Source: a virus (taxonomy: Duplodnaviria; Caudoviricetes). From it: 55,994 nt of DNA. The notes under the pieces were generated by a model that ran no database searches, had not been told where the DNA came from, and saw only the letters and a list, made by a program, of their open reading frames with translations. How positions within the stretch are numbered: the stretch's first letter is position 1; the number at the start of each line of letters is the position of its first letter. The position numbers and the translations under genes are program-made. The stretch is from IMG/VR virus record IMGVR_UViG_3300033155_001375, positions 1 to 55,994 of that record; one strand, 5' to 3'. This document shows positions 10,438 through 20,447 of this stretch, piece after piece.

Positions 10438-10483
10438 GACGGTTATGTCCCTTCCTGTAGACTAGGGAAAGAGGGAGGGGTCG

Positions 10484-11245
10484 ATGGCTCGACCTTGTAC
10501 GAAAGAAACTTCCATTGCATGGCTTCGGAGGAAGCTTGGCTGTGGTGTCGTCGCTGTTGAATTGAGCGAGGCTCAGGCCGAAGATTCTTTCGACGACGCT
10601 ATACGCTGGTGGGTCGGTAGGAAGGGCATCAAAAAGCACGCTGCCCAAAATCTTACACCTGGTGTGCAGGAGTACGTCATGACTGACGACTGCGACATGG
10701 TGTTGGAGGTGTTCTTTCCTGGTGTTCAGCTTGACATCATTGCAGCGGTCAATCCTTATGCTTTCATCGACGTGGACCAGCTTCCGGTTGCTTACTCTTC
10801 CATCACAGGAGTGCCAGGCGGGAGCTTCTACGGAACCTTTTTTCAGATTCTTCAACATGCAGAGACAGCCAGGCGCGTCGTCAGCAGTGAGCCCACTTGG
10901 GAGTATCGCAAGGACGAGAACAAGCTGTGGATTTTCCCACGGAGTCAGCGCAACGGCTCGGCCATTGCCAGATATGTCTCGAATGATCTCACCAGCGAGA
11001 CCGAGGATGACGAGTTCTGTAAGAAGATTCTGGTGCGCGACCGTGACATCATCCTGAGATGGGCATTGGCGGACGTAAAGGAAACCCTGGGGCGCATCAG
11101 AGGGAAGTACCAGGATTGGCCAACGGCTGGTGGAACGAGGGCTCTGGACGGTGACACGCTCAGAACAGAGGGCCTTGCTGAGAAAGAAAAACTAGATGAT
11201 GAGATTCTGGGCTTGAGTGACCCGGTCCCATTCATAACGGGGTGA
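10484..11245 (+). CDS. Neck protein, T4 gp13-like adaptor
   Basis: RKLGCGVVAVEL..Q, KETLGRIRGKY, LDGDTL..EG..EKEKL..E motifs. Confidence 0.85.
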   Translation: MARPCTKETSIAWLRRKLGCGVVAVELSEAQAEDSFDDAIRWWVGRKGIKKHAAQNLTPGVQEYVMTDDCDMVLEVFFPGVQLDIIAAVNPYAFIDVDQLPVAYSSITGVPGGSFYGTFFQILQHAETARRVVSSEPTWEYRKDENKLWIFPRSQRNGSAIARYVSNDLTSETEDDEFCKKILVRDRDIILRWALADVKETLGRIRGKYQDWPTAGGTRALDGDTLRTEGLAEKEKLDDEILGLSDPVPFITG

Positions 11246-11249
11246 CAAA

Positions 11250-11915
11250 ATGTATAACGACAAAAAGCTGATGGAGGGCATCGATGATGCGTTGGAACGA
11301 CAGGGTCTTATGGCAGAAGAGACACTTCCGCCACGGCTTTCAAAGGCATACGTCGACCAGGTGTCCAAGGATGTTGCTGACTATGCCGTGCGGGTCATTT
11401 CAAAGACGCTGAAGGGTGCGAAGGGGAAGCCTAAGCCTAAGCGGCTTGATGTGAAGCAGCTTGCTGCTCTGCGCAGTGGGCTCCCTGGTGTTGTGGCTGT
11501 TTTTCTTCGGAAGCAGCGAATCTTCGTGGATGCTACTCCTGGAATCACGGATACAGATATTGCCGACTTTAGGCGCGTCATGGGTCGTGATCCGCGACCA
11601 GATGAGATGGACGAGGCCAAGGTGTCCGAGCATGGTTTGCTTAGTGAGAAGGCGAACGTCGGGCTTTGGGCGGCATTTCGTAACGCCGTAAAGGCGGACT
11701 CCAGTCTCCAAAAAAGGCTGTCTGATGCTGCCCTGGATGCCATGGCTCGGACCCTCAAAGCCGAGGGGATGAGGTACAAGGGTCACCTGGGTGGCTGGCG
11801 TGAAGAGATCCGCCTGGGTCTGACGAACAAGGCTAACTTGGAAATGTTCCGCTCGCAGGCGAGAGGTCTCATCGAGAAGTCCACACTCGATCTGATCAAA
11901 AAGCTTGTCCTGTGA
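11250..11915 (+). CDS. Hypothetical basic protein, possible internal head protein
   Basis: N-terminus MYNDKKLMEGIDDALE shared with next gene. Confidence 0.6.
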   Translation: MYNDKKLMEGIDDALERQGLMAEETLPPRLSKAYVDQVSKDVADYAVRVISKTLKGAKGKPKPKRLDVKQLAALRSGLPGVVAVFLRKQRIFVDATPGITDTDIADFRRVMGRDPRPDEMDEAKVSEHGLLSEKANVGLWAAFRNAVKADSSLQKRLSDAALDAMARTLKAEGMRYKGHLGGWREEIRLGLTNKANLEMFRSQARGLIEKSTLDLIKKLVL

Positions 11916-11940
11916 TGTGTTGTGGAGTGATGGAGTAAAT

Positions 11941-12444
11941 ATGGACAACGACAAAAATCTGATGGAAGGCATCGACGCCAAACTCGAAGAGCATGGCTTC
12001 GGTAGTGAGGGCTTGGAAGAGGGCATGTCCATTGTCGGGCACACGATGGATGACAAGTCGATCATGCAGGCAGCCAGGGTCGCCATGACGGCTGCAAGTC
12101 GGTCGATGAAGCTTCCAGTCGCCGATAAGCACGTCATTCGTGATGCTTTTTACAAGGCGCTGAGGGGCATTTATCAAGAGGACGTCGAGGTCGATAGTGA
12201 GCCTTTTGAGGAGGGTGTTTTTTCATTCACTCCGAGCCGACAACAACAGGTGCAGGCAGCGAGGGATGGGACCAATGGGGCTGCTGGCAAGGTCTCACAA
12301 GCTCTCTTCGTCGGAGTGGAGGATGAGTACGTCCCGCTGTCCACGAAGATGTACGGCATCGTGAAAAGGCACATGGAGAATGCTGTCCAGGAAGGCGTCA
12401 AGATGATGAAGGGTCACAAGAAGTCTTCAAGGGCTAGGCGGTGA
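11941..12444 (+). CDS. Hypothetical protein, possible internal head protein
   Basis: GGAG RBS before ATG 11941; N-terminus MDNDKNLMEGIDAKLE. Confidence 0.6.
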   Translation: MDNDKNLMEGIDAKLEEHGFGSEGLEEGMSIVGHTMDDKSIMQAARVAMTAASRSMKLPVADKHVIRDAFYKALRGIYQEDVEVDSEPFEEGVFSFTPSRQQQVQAARDGTNGAAGKVSQALFVGVEDEYVPLSTKMYGIVKRHMENAVQEGVKMMKGHKKSSRARR

Positions 12445-12447
12445 CGA

Positions 12448-12795
12448 GTGGCTTGGATTCCCCTCGATAGCCTCTTCGAGAGGTCACCATCCTCCAAGGC
12501 GCGGGGGAAGGGAAAGACGAAGGCCCAGATGGTGCCTGCCACGGTGTCTCACTGTGTCCTGGCTGTGAAGAAGAAGGGCAAGGGGACTGGTGAGGCTTGG
12601 AATATTTGTCGGGCTCAGCTCACCAAACAGGGCTATCTGAAGGGTCCGTACAAGACCAATGCGAAGCTCCCAGATGACGTCCGCCCTACGTCCAAGGGTG
12701 TTCGTCGAGGCATGAAGCACGCCATGGAGAAGGACGCCCCGGAGAAGTTCAACAAGTTCAAGGATGCTCTGCGGGGCATCGAGACGAGGTTGTGA
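12448..12795 (+). CDS. Small basic protein with WIPLDSLFE N-terminus
   Basis: Tight gene packing; HCV...AWNIC motif. Confidence 0.65.
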   Translation: MAWIPLDSLFERSPSSKARGKGKTKAQMVPATVSHCVLAVKKKGKGTGEAWNICRAQLTKQGYLKGPYKTNAKLPDDVRPTSKGVRRGMKHAMEKDAPEKFNKFKDALRGIETRL

Positions 12796-13049
12796 TGGCA
12801 CGCAAGAGTTACCATGCGAAAAATGGCAGGTTCACGTCGTTCAATCGAGCCAATGTGGTTAATCAGGATGGTGAGCGGTTCAAGATGGTTCGTACTCTGG
12901 AGCCCCTGGATGCTCCGGAGAAGGATGATAAAGCTTCTCAGCCTGACGCATCTACGGCAGAGAATGTGGCTCAGGCGAAGCAGAAGGTCTCGGATCTCGC
13001 AGGTCGCATAGCTCCACAGTGGATTTCGCTCGATGAGGTGGTGAGGTAG
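12795..13049 (+). CDS. Hypothetical protein
   Basis: TGATG coupling to upstream gene, abuts next gene. Confidence 0.6.
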   Translation: MARKSYHAKNGRFTSFNRANVVNQDGERFKMVRTLEPLDAPEKDDKASQPDASTAENVAQAKQKVSDLAGRIAPQWISLDEVVR

Positions 13050-13613
13050 GTGGCGAAGTTTTGCCCCACGGATTGTGTAGCTGGGCGCAACCTTTTCCCA
13101 GGCGACAACTGTGAGGGCTGTGGTGACGAGCGCTTGATTCATGACACCATCGCAGCAGAGCCAGCCATCCTATCTGGAGTTCGATTGCGGCTCTACAGCT
13201 TGCGCCGGGCCAAGAATCGTCACCCGCTTTATAAGGAGCCCAGCTACGAAGGAAAAGAGTGGGTGTTTCAAGGTCCATTTGAGATGTATGGAGAGCTGGA
13301 CTTTCCCCAGGCAGCGAACACTCAGTCAGAAGTCACAGAGGTCGGCCAGAGGAGATCGTCCGAGGCGATCATGAAGATCCCGCGCTCCGAGGTCGAGCGG
13401 GCAGAAGCTCCATACCCAAAGAAGGGTGACGTCCTTGAGTTTTGGTGGGAGGGACCATTCGCTGATAAGGATGGCTACTCTCAGTGGGATGTGACCGGCG
13501 CGGATCGTGATGGGAATGTGATGTCGACGCCGCAGTTCGTTGGTTTCGAGGTCGAGATCAAGCGGCGTGGGAAATTCCTAGCATTCCGCAAGACGGAGCA
13601 TACGCAGATATGA
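13050..13613 (+). CDS. Probable head closure/neck protein (gp14-like)
   Basis: HPLYKEP and PKKGDVLEF motifs; neck region position. Confidence 0.6.
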   Translation: MAKFCPTDCVAGRNLFPGDNCEGCGDERLIHDTIAAEPAILSGVRLRLYSLRRAKNRHPLYKEPSYEGKEWVFQGPFEMYGELDFPQAANTQSEVTEVGQRRSSEAIMKIPRSEVERAEAPYPKKGDVLEFWWEGPFADKDGYSQWDVTGADRDGNVMSTPQFVGFEVEIKRRGKFLAFRKTEHTQI

Positions 13614-13930
13614 AATCGTATTCGGAACAGCTCAGGGAGGCCAAGGACGCCAAGGTTGCGCTCCATCCTGGGCTCGTGGTGAAGGTGAAGACGAAGGCGG
13701 GCAAGTTGGTAACCCAGGGTCGCATCACGAACGTCGATCCTGATATAGGATTCGTGAGCGTAGCTAATGAAGATGCAGGGGCAGATCTCCGCGTGGATGT
13801 CGACCCCAAGCATTACGTCATTTGGGTGCTTCCGCCAACGAATTATGTGCCCAGGCTCCCAGACCAGACCACCCTCTACATAAGGACGTCCAGGCCGGGG
13901 CCACACGCCTTCTCCAACGTGAAGATGTAG
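13610..13930 (+). CDS. Hypothetical protein with CTS-like N-terminus MKSYSEQLRE
   Basis: ATGA coupling; small beta-rich body. Confidence 0.6.
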   Translation: MKSYSEQLREAKDAKVALHPGLVVKVKTKAGKLVTQGRITNVDPDIGFVSVANEDAGADLRVDVDPKHYVIWVLPPTNYVPRLPDQTTLYIRTSRPGPHAFSNVKM

Positions 13931-13940
13931 GAGAAGATGG

Positions 13941-14267
13941 ATGCTCGAACCAAAGTGGCTGATGAGCTTGGGATATGCTTTCCCGTGCTCGTTCTGTATG
14001 GAAATGTCGCTTCCCAGAGGAAAACAAGCGCCAAGGTGTAAGATGGAGACTTGTGGTGGACCATTTGTTGGCAGGTCATTTCCGAATTATTCAGGCCCGC
14101 TGACGAAGACCACGATAGCTACTCATTGTTTCCGCTGTGGAGATCCGGCCCAGGAAGCCATTGTGACCAAGGATGGTGGCTACGTCGGAGTTTGTAAAAA
14201 GCATCTCAATTCGACCATCATAACATCTTCCGACACGTTGATTCCGTCGGCTGAGGTGAAGCTCTAA
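13941..14267 (+). CDS. Cys-rich (Zn-binding) hypothetical protein
   Basis: CxxC, CxxxxC, CxxC and CxxH motifs; AGGAG RBS. Confidence 0.65.
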   Translation: MLEPKWLMSLGYAFPCSFCMEMSLPRGKQAPRCKMETCGGPFVGRSFPNYSGPLTKTTIATHCFRCGDPAQEAIVTKDGGYVGVCKKHLNSTIITSSDTLIPSAEVKL

Positions 14268-15073
14268 TGTTGGAGTTCTACTTGAAAGAGGAGCCAAAAA
14301 ATAAAGAGGCGAAGAAGCTGGTTGAGACGTGGCAAGAGCGTCTTGATGCCTTCATTCTCGCGCTGCCACAGGAGATTGCCAAGGACGCACATCTTGACGT
14401 CGTGAAATTGGCGCCGACAGATATGCCGAAATATCCAGACATGTTGAAAGTGGTTCAGTTTCCCAAACAAGGTGACTGGCAGATCATAGGCATCATCCCA
14501 CCTGGGTGGAACTATTCTCAGCGACTTAGGACGTCTGACATTCAGCGCACACTGATTGATATTTTCCCAAAGATGCGAGGAGGGGAAGCAGTCTCTCAGG
14601 GGGTTGTAGTTTTGGCCAGAAGCAATCCCTGGACGATGGGCACGCTGCCCTATGAACCGAGCAAACAAGAGGCCAGTGTTCGATCAAGGAGGGTAGACGA
14701 GAAGGATGTTCAGGCTGTAGAGAAGAAGAGAGAGGCTGATAAAGACGCCATCATTCAGGAGCTTCGTTCGCTGGGGGTTCCCATCAGGGCCACTGGCAAG
14801 GTACTCTTGGAGCGACGAGTCAGTAGGGACATTGCCTTTGAAGTGCTTCGGCGCGAGAAGGGAATAGGGATGCCCGGCAAGGCTCATTGGAGACCGGCTG
14901 TGCGAGCGATTTATACCCAACACTTCAAAAGAGCGATGGAGGAGTTTGGGTTATGGATGGCCGATCCTGATAATGAGGAATGGCAGAAAAATCGGAATCT
15001 GCCTATCGAGGCCGAATCCGTGATAGAACAGGTACAGGAATTTCAGGACAGAATCGTTCCTGGCGGGGCGTAA
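14267..15073 (+). CDS. Hypothetical protein, possible tail completion
   Basis: TAATG coupling; AHWRPA motif; position before terminator-like gene. Confidence 0.55.
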   Translation: MLEFYLKEEPKNKEAKKLVETWQERLDAFILALPQEIAKDAHLDVVKLAPTDMPKYPDMLKVVQFPKQGDWQIIGIIPPGWNYSQRLRTSDIQRTLIDIFPKMRGGEAVSQGVVVLARSNPWTMGTLPYEPSKQEASVRSRRVDEKDVQAVEKKREADKDAIIQELRSLGVPIRATGKVLLERRVSRDIAFEVLRREKGIGMPGKAHWRPAVRAIYTQHFKRAMEEFGLWMADPDNEEWQKNRNLPIEAESVIEQVQEFQDRIVPGGA

Positions 15074-15087
15074 GCCTGGAGGAGAAA

Positions 15088-15615
15088 ATGGACTACGATC
15101 AGGTCAACGATGTGCTCAGTCGAGCGAATCAGGAGTTCGAGCGGCGTGAGCTGGAAGACCTTCGGGCCTACGAGATCGAGGGCGAGCTGGTGACAGGGAA
15201 TAAGCCCACCTCTGAGGATCTGGACAAGATCGAAGAGCAGTATGTGGGCACAGGGGGCACCGATGCTCCTGATTTCTCGCCTGATGGCGATCCCATTATT
15301 GGGAGTGACCAGGGCGTGGACAACCTCGCAACGGACGCAGAGTCGTATATGAGCTATGTGGCAGGAACCTCCGCCGACATCGCAGCTCAATGCAGTGTTT
15401 CCGACGACGAGGCCCTGTCTTCCTTTGAGGATGTCGCGAAGCAGATGGCAGAGGCTGGTTCATTGCCACCTATGCCTGATGTCGAGTCAGCGTCCTCAGA
15501 TGAGATCTTGCTGTGGACCGGCGCAGCCAAGACGAGCGATCTCGTGGCGCGAGTCATCGAGTTTGTCAGGGCTGGCCAGGGCCAAGGACCGCTCCACACC
15601 GTCGTAGGGCGGTAG
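15088..15615 (+). CDS. Acidic hypothetical protein
   Basis: GGAGGAG RBS before ATG 15088. Confidence 0.65.
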   Translation: MDYDQVNDVLSRANQEFERRELEDLRAYEIEGELVTGNKPTSEDLDKIEEQYVGTGGTDAPDFSPDGDPIIGSDQGVDNLATDAESYMSYVAGTSADIAAQCSVSDDEALSSFEDVAKQMAEAGSLPPMPDVESASSDEILLWTGAAKTSDLVARVIEFVRAGQGQGPLHTVVGR

Positions 15616-16320
15616 GTGGCTGACGGCAGGATAGGAACAGTCTTCATTGAGGATTTCGACATTGGTTTGGTGACCACGTTCGGATCTGTGTTGAAGACCA
15701 TTGTCCTTGATGACGAGGAAGTGCAAGACTACGCCGTTCAGATTCCGGGAGTACATGGTCCTGATGAATATGATGGGCTCATTCCGGTTATTTTTCAGGA
15801 GCCAGAAGACGTCTACCAAACAGGGTTTATCCCACATGTGGCGATCTCCCGTAGCGCCATTACGCCGGCCATGCAGCGCTGGCATCCAGTCGGTAAGGCG
15901 TACCAGGTGGCGGCGAAGGTCGCTCAGCAGGTCACAGCACAAAATGGCGAGGTCGGCCCGAGCTTGAATGAGCTGAAGGGATATGCTCTCCCATTCGATA
16001 TCACCTATGATATGCACCTACGAGCTAGACTCAGACAGCAAGCGAATTTGATGCTAAAGTACATGGGTCGTTTCATTTGGGCTTATGGAAATATTTATTT
16101 TACAGATAATGAGGGCAATGAGCGGGGCTACACTGCCTACATGGAATCCATTGACAATTTGGATGAATTAGTGGAATTTTCAGACAGGACGCTTGGCTTC
16201 ACTATGAGTGTTCGGATCGAGGGGGAGCTTGACTTCTCAGATCCATTTGTGGTGCCGTCCATGCGTGCAGCAGGAATCAGTGTGAATCGTTTGGTTCCGC
16301 CTGATACCTTGGGAGGCTGA
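15616..16320 (+). CDS. Probable tail terminator/sheath stabiliser (gp15/Pvc16-like)
   Basis: PHVAISR, PFDITYDMHL pattern; just upstream of sheath. Confidence 0.6.
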   Translation: MADGRIGTVFIEDFDIGLVTTFGSVLKTIVLDDEEVQDYAVQIPGVHGPDEYDGLIPVIFQEPEDVYQTGFIPHVAISRSAITPAMQRWHPVGKAYQVAAKVAQQVTAQNGEVGPSLNELKGYALPFDITYDMHLRARLRQQANLMLKYMGRFIWAYGNIYFTDNEGNERGYTAYMESIDNLDELVEFSDRTLGFTMSVRIEGELDFSDPFVVPSMRAAGISVNRLVPPDTLGG

Positions 16321-16322
16321 CG

Positions 16323-16742
16323 ATGCAATGGTGGTATTATCGGGGGCAAGTAACAACTCCTGTCGATATCCCTGGAAAGGGGCCAACTGTCCTCCGACCA
16401 AGGGAGAAATTTCAGGCTCCTCTTGCGGCTGTGGCGCATCTCAAGCGCCTGGGTCGCGTGGTGGCTTGTAAGCCTCCGCCCGAGGCCAAAGTGGCGACTC
16501 AGGAGCCAAAGGTTGCGGTCCCCGAGCCCAAAAGTAAACCCGCGCCACCCAAGAAGCTCGAAGAGCGTGCGGTTACACCTCCGACTGTGGTAGCATCCGA
16601 AACTGAACCCAAGGCGGAGATAGTAGAAGAGGAGAAGGTTGAGGCCACTGTGACCGAGGTCGCAGACAAGAACCCGAAGGCGAAGGAGGAACAGGCGAAA
16701 GAGGCCCCGAAGGAGAAGGACAAGAGGCGCAGGCGTGGGTAA
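16323..16742 (+). CDS. Hypothetical protein, Pro/Glu/Lys-rich tail
   Basis: GGAGG RBS; architecture like ORF 10054. Confidence 0.6.
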   Translation: MQWWYYRGQVTTPVDIPGKGPTVLRPREKFQAPLAAVAHLKRLGRVVACKPPPEAKVATQEPKVAVPEPKSKPAPPKKLEERAVTPPTVVASETEPKAEIVEEEKVEATVTEVADKNPKAKEEQAKEAPKEKDKRRRRG

Positions 16743-16785
16743 GAGCTGACCTTCACGGCCCCCCAGGGGGTAGGGAGATTTGAAA

Positions 16786-19527
16786 ATGGCAGAACGCTTG
16801 CACCCTGACGTGTATGTGGAGGAGAAGCGCAGCGGCCTCGCTCCAATTCAGGGCGTATCTACGAGTAATATGGGCATCGTTGGTTTCTCCGAGAGGGGAC
16901 CATCTGACGAAGCAACACTGGTCACGAGCTATCCAAGCTTCGAGCGTACCTTCGGAACTTTCATCTCGTCCAGCCAAGTACCGACCCATATTTTCGCTTT
17001 CTTCTCCAATGGGGGACGGCGAGCTTATATGGTTCGTGTCACCGGGGCTGGATCGTCGAAAGCCGAAGGGAACATCACGAGCGATTGGTCCGAAGAGACC
17101 ATCGCAACTGGTGATGGCTCCACGGTCGCCATGAGTTCGGCAATTCCGACCATCGGCGAGGTGGCGATCACTCATGATCCTATCGTCATGTCGTCCATCA
17201 CCGTAGGATTCCACCAGACGCCTTCTGGGGTATCTGTGGTGGGTGATATCATCGGTGGAGTGGCTCCGACCATGACGCTTCTCGTCATCACCGGAACACC
17301 ATTCGATTCGAGCATGGTGGGCCAGAGTGTCACGCTTGCGGGTTGTACGACCCCAGCCAATGACGGCACATACCCAATCACGGCTGTGAGTGTGGATGGC
17401 AAGACCATTACCTACACGAATGCGGCTGGCGTGGCAGAAGCCTTTGCTGTTGCGGCGACGTGGGTTGTTGGCGTGGTGGCGGAAGCGTCAGATCTTAACC
17501 CGATCCCAACGGGTGCGATCACGGAGTTCGCAGGCAAGCTCGGGCTGACAGCGGCTTCGGTGCCTGTCGTCCCGGGGACGATCACAATCACTGGCATCGC
17601 TGCTGGTGAGACCTACCTGGACACCGGAAAGAATGGCATCCTTTATGAGGCTGCTGCTCCTGCGGTCCCGGCTGGCTATGTGGACTATGAGACTGGTCTG
17701 TTTTCCATTACCTTTGCTGTTGCTCCGCTCACACCGGCAGATGTCACTTATGACTACACGCCCCAGGGGCCTGTAACGACGGTGACGGATGATGGAGCTG
17801 GTGGGTGGAACGCCCCGGCAACTGCTGGTGCTGTGGATTACATCACTGGCATCTGGTCCATGACGGTGCCCTATGCGCCGGCAGACAGCCTTCCAGTTGA
17901 GGTTGCCTATGTGCAGCAGGTGTGGGGATTCCAGCCCATCAGCGAAGGCACATGGGGCAACTACACCAGGGTGGATGTTCGTGGTGACGCGGATTACTAC
18001 GACAGAACCATGGCTGTCTTCACTCGCTACGATGTCTTGGTGTATCTCTCTGACGATGCTGGGGTGAGCTACGATCAGGTTGAGGTTTTCGATGATTTGT
18101 CTCTGACAGATCCGACGGACATTCGATACATCGCTGACATCATAAACAATGAGGGCGTCGGAAGCGATCTCATTGATTTGATCGAGCCGTCCAATGAAGA
18201 TGTTGGGCCACGTAGCTTGAGCGGATTTCAGCGGACCAGGGCTGTGGGCGCCGGAAACGGTATCCAAGCTCAGTTCGGGAGCTTGGGAGCAACCCCGGTT
18301 ATCCCGGCTCCGTTCGTGTGTGCCCCCCTGGAGACCCCGATACAGCCTGGTTCCGTCAACATTGTCTATACAGACCTGAATGGTGTGTCTCGGACGATCA
18401 CTGACGATGGCAATGGCTCCCTCATTGGTGACGTGTTCGCTGGTGCGGCTGCTGGATTCAACGAGATTGATTATCTCACTGGTGAGTTCGCCTTCGAGGC
18501 GTCTGCTGATGATGGTGCGACCTCGGGTGCGGTCGGAGATTTCACTCAGGCGGCGAACGCCTCTGTGCCGATGGTTTCGTATTACAAGATCCCGGCAGAC
18601 CTGACGACAGCAGATCAGCCCATAGGCGGGACAGATGGCGCAGCCCTCACTCGCAACGAGCTGACTGATCCGGCGCTCTCGACAAATCGAGAGGGCATGT
18701 ATGCTCTGCTCACGACCAATGAGCTGATCAACATGACCATTCCGGATGCTGCTGGTGACGTCACGATGAGCGTTGACCAGGTGACTGAGGCTGAGCGCAA
18801 CGAGCACTGGTTCATCATCCTGGCGACTCCTCCTGGCTACACGCCGGCTCAGGCGCGGGACTGGAGGATCAACACTCTGGGGATCACATCCAGCTACTCA
18901 GCGCTGTACTATCCCTACATCCAGATTGCAGATCCGGTCACGGACCTTCCGGCCAATATTCCTCCCGGTGGTCATATCGCTGGTGTCTATGCTCGAACCG
19001 ATGCTTCAAAATCGGTCGGCAAAGCCCCGGCGGGCACTGTGGATGGCAAGTTGCTCTTTGCTACTGGCGTCGAGCGAAAGTTGGAATTTGCCGAGATCGA
19101 CATACTCCACCCCAATCAAGTCAACGCCATCATCAACACCCCGCAGACGGGCTTGGTGGTGTGGGGCGCGAGGACCCTGGAGCGACCGCCGAGTGACTTC
19201 CGTTACGTGCATGTGCGGAGGCTCTTCAACTTCCTCAAGGCGTCCATTTTCAACAGCACACATGGATTCGTCTTCGAGAACGTAGGACCGCCTCTGTGGT
19301 CCAAGATTCGGCTTTCCGTCGAGAGCTTCTTGCTGACTCAATTCCAGCAGGGGCTTTTCAAGGGTGGCACGCCTGCCGAGGCATATGCGGTCATCTGTGA
19401 CGAGACCAACAATCCCAAGAATGTGCAGGATGCAGGATACGTATATTGCGACATTTACGTCGCGCCGAACACGCCTGGCGAGTTCATTGTTTTCCGTATT
19501 CAGCAGAAGGTGGCCCAGGCGGCGTAG
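16786..19527 (+). CDS. Contractile tail sheath with inserted beta-domains
   Basis: HPDVYVEE, AFFSNGG, ALYYPYI, PPGGHIAGVYARTD, VWGARTL, YVHVRRL, P.EFIVFRI. Confidence 0.95.
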   Translation: MAERLHPDVYVEEKRSGLAPIQGVSTSNMGIVGFSERGPSDEATLVTSYPSFERTFGTFISSSQVPTHIFAFFSNGGRRAYMVRVTGAGSSKAEGNITSDWSEETIATGDGSTVAMSSAIPTIGEVAITHDPIVMSSITVGFHQTPSGVSVVGDIIGGVAPTMTLLVITGTPFDSSMVGQSVTLAGCTTPANDGTYPITAVSVDGKTITYTNAAGVAEAFAVAATWVVGVVAEASDLNPIPTGAITEFAGKLGLTAASVPVVPGTITITGIAAGETYLDTGKNGILYEAAAPAVPAGYVDYETGLFSITFAVAPLTPADVTYDYTPQGPVTTVTDDGAGGWNAPATAGAVDYITGIWSMTVPYAPADSLPVEVAYVQQVWGFQPISEGTWGNYTRVDVRGDADYYDRTMAVFTRYDVLVYLSDDAGVSYDQVEVFDDLSLTDPTDIRYIADIINNEGVGSDLIDLIEPSNEDVGPRSLSGFQRTRAVGAGNGIQAQFGSLGATPVIPAPFVCAPLETPIQPGSVNIVYTDLNGVSRTITDDGNGSLIGDVFAGAAAGFNEIDYLTGEFAFEASADDGATSGAVGDFTQAANASVPMVSYYKIPADLTTADQPIGGTDGAALTRNELTDPALSTNREGMYALLTTNELINMTIPDAAGDVTMSVDQVTEAERNEHWFIILATPPGYTPAQARDWRINTLGITSSYSALYYPYIQIADPVTDLPANIPPGGHIAGVYARTDASKSVGKAPAGTVDGKLLFATGVERKLEFAEIDILHPNQVNAIINTPQTGLVVWGARTLERPPSDFRYVHVRRLFNFLKASIFNSTHGFVFENVGPPLWSKIRLSVESFLLTQFQQGLFKGGTPAEAYAVICDETNNPKNVQDAGYVYCDIYVAPNTPGEFIVFRIQQKVAQAA

Positions 19528-19542
19528 GTCAGCACTGGCCTT

Positions 19543-19563
19543 AGAGCGAAAGTCAATTTCGCT
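19543..19563. repeat. Palindromic site copy 1
   Basis: AGAGCGAAA-GTCAA-TTTCGCT; exact reverse complement of 42271-42291. Confidence 0.85.
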
Positions 19564-19580
19564 TCAGAGGAGAGGATAGA

Positions 19581-20003
19581 ATGGACGCAACAATTACCAA
19601 TTTGAGCACCGAGAGGGTCTTCATTCCGGGTCCGCAGCTCGATATGGCCCCGACGGGAGATCCAGCAGGCGGAGACGTCAAGTTGTGGTCTGAGATCACA
19701 GTGACGGACATCGACAGCAATACTCGGATAAAGGAGCTTGTCGTCGCTGGCACCATCTCTGTCCAGATGGACGCAGATAGCTATGACGCGGCTCTGGCCA
19801 CCCAGGGCTCGCTCAACTTCGCCGCGTTGCCCATGTATTTGTTCGCAGACCTCCCGACTGGGTACAACGGTCGGATGGCCTTCGTGTCGAATGGCAGGAA
19901 GGGTGCTGAGGGGGCTGGGGTTGGTACGGGCTTGCCGTGCTATTACGATGCAACAGCAGCGGGCTGGTTCACCTTCTCTGGCGACATCGCTGTCACCGTC
20001 TAG
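19581..20003 (+). CDS. Hypothetical structural protein
   Basis: GAGGAGAGG RBS; 140 aa. Confidence 0.65.
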   Translation: MDATITNLSTERVFIPGPQLDMAPTGDPAGGDVKLWSEITVTDIDSNTRIKELVVAGTISVQMDADSYDAALATQGSLNFAALPMYLFADLPTGYNGRMAFVSNGRKGAEGAGVGTGLPCYYDATAAGWFTFSGDIAVTV

Positions 20004-20027
20004 GTGGCTGGCGGTTAGGAGAAGTTC

Positions 20028-20444
20028 GTGGCACAGACTCCGGTGGTCATAGAGCAGCGTATCCTTGCTGGGAGCCAGTTTACTGAGCAGACTCCAACAA
20101 CGGTGTCTGTGGACAGCAAGGCGGTCAGGGTGTTCCCTCCGGACATCCAGGGTGGCGAGTTCATTTTTGACTTCCAAGGTCTCGATGCGTCGTTCGTGAC
20201 CTATGTGATCGAGCAGATCTTCGTGGACTTCGGGGATGCAGCATTCGCTGAGGTGGCGATCAAAGACAGCGTGGGAAATCGGGCTGTCATTGCAACGCCC
20301 GGAGCTGGTGTTTTCATTCGTGTGGAACCTCTCAAGCTCGCATGGGACCAAAGGCTCACACTGAAGACAGGCGCACCTGGACCGGCGACGGTGGCTTTGT
20401 TTGCGAGGGTCCATGCAGCTCCAGAGCGGATCAAACAGGAGTAG
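20028..20444 (+). CDS. Hypothetical protein (beta-rich)
   Basis: AGGAG RBS. Confidence 0.6.
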   Translation: MAQTPVVIEQRILAGSQFTEQTPTTVSVDSKAVRVFPPDIQGGEFIFDFQGLDASFVTYVIEQIFVDFGDAAFAEVAIKDSVGNRAVIATPGAGVFIRVEPLKLAWDQRLTLKTGAPGPATVALFARVHAAPERIKQE

Positions 20445-20447
20445 GTG

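Noticed and set aside
3955-18807. Long minus-strand ORFs (3955-5760, 8036-9205, 17488-18807 and others)
   Set aside because: They mirror well-supported plus-strand genes; antisense shadows of biased codon usage with no motifs
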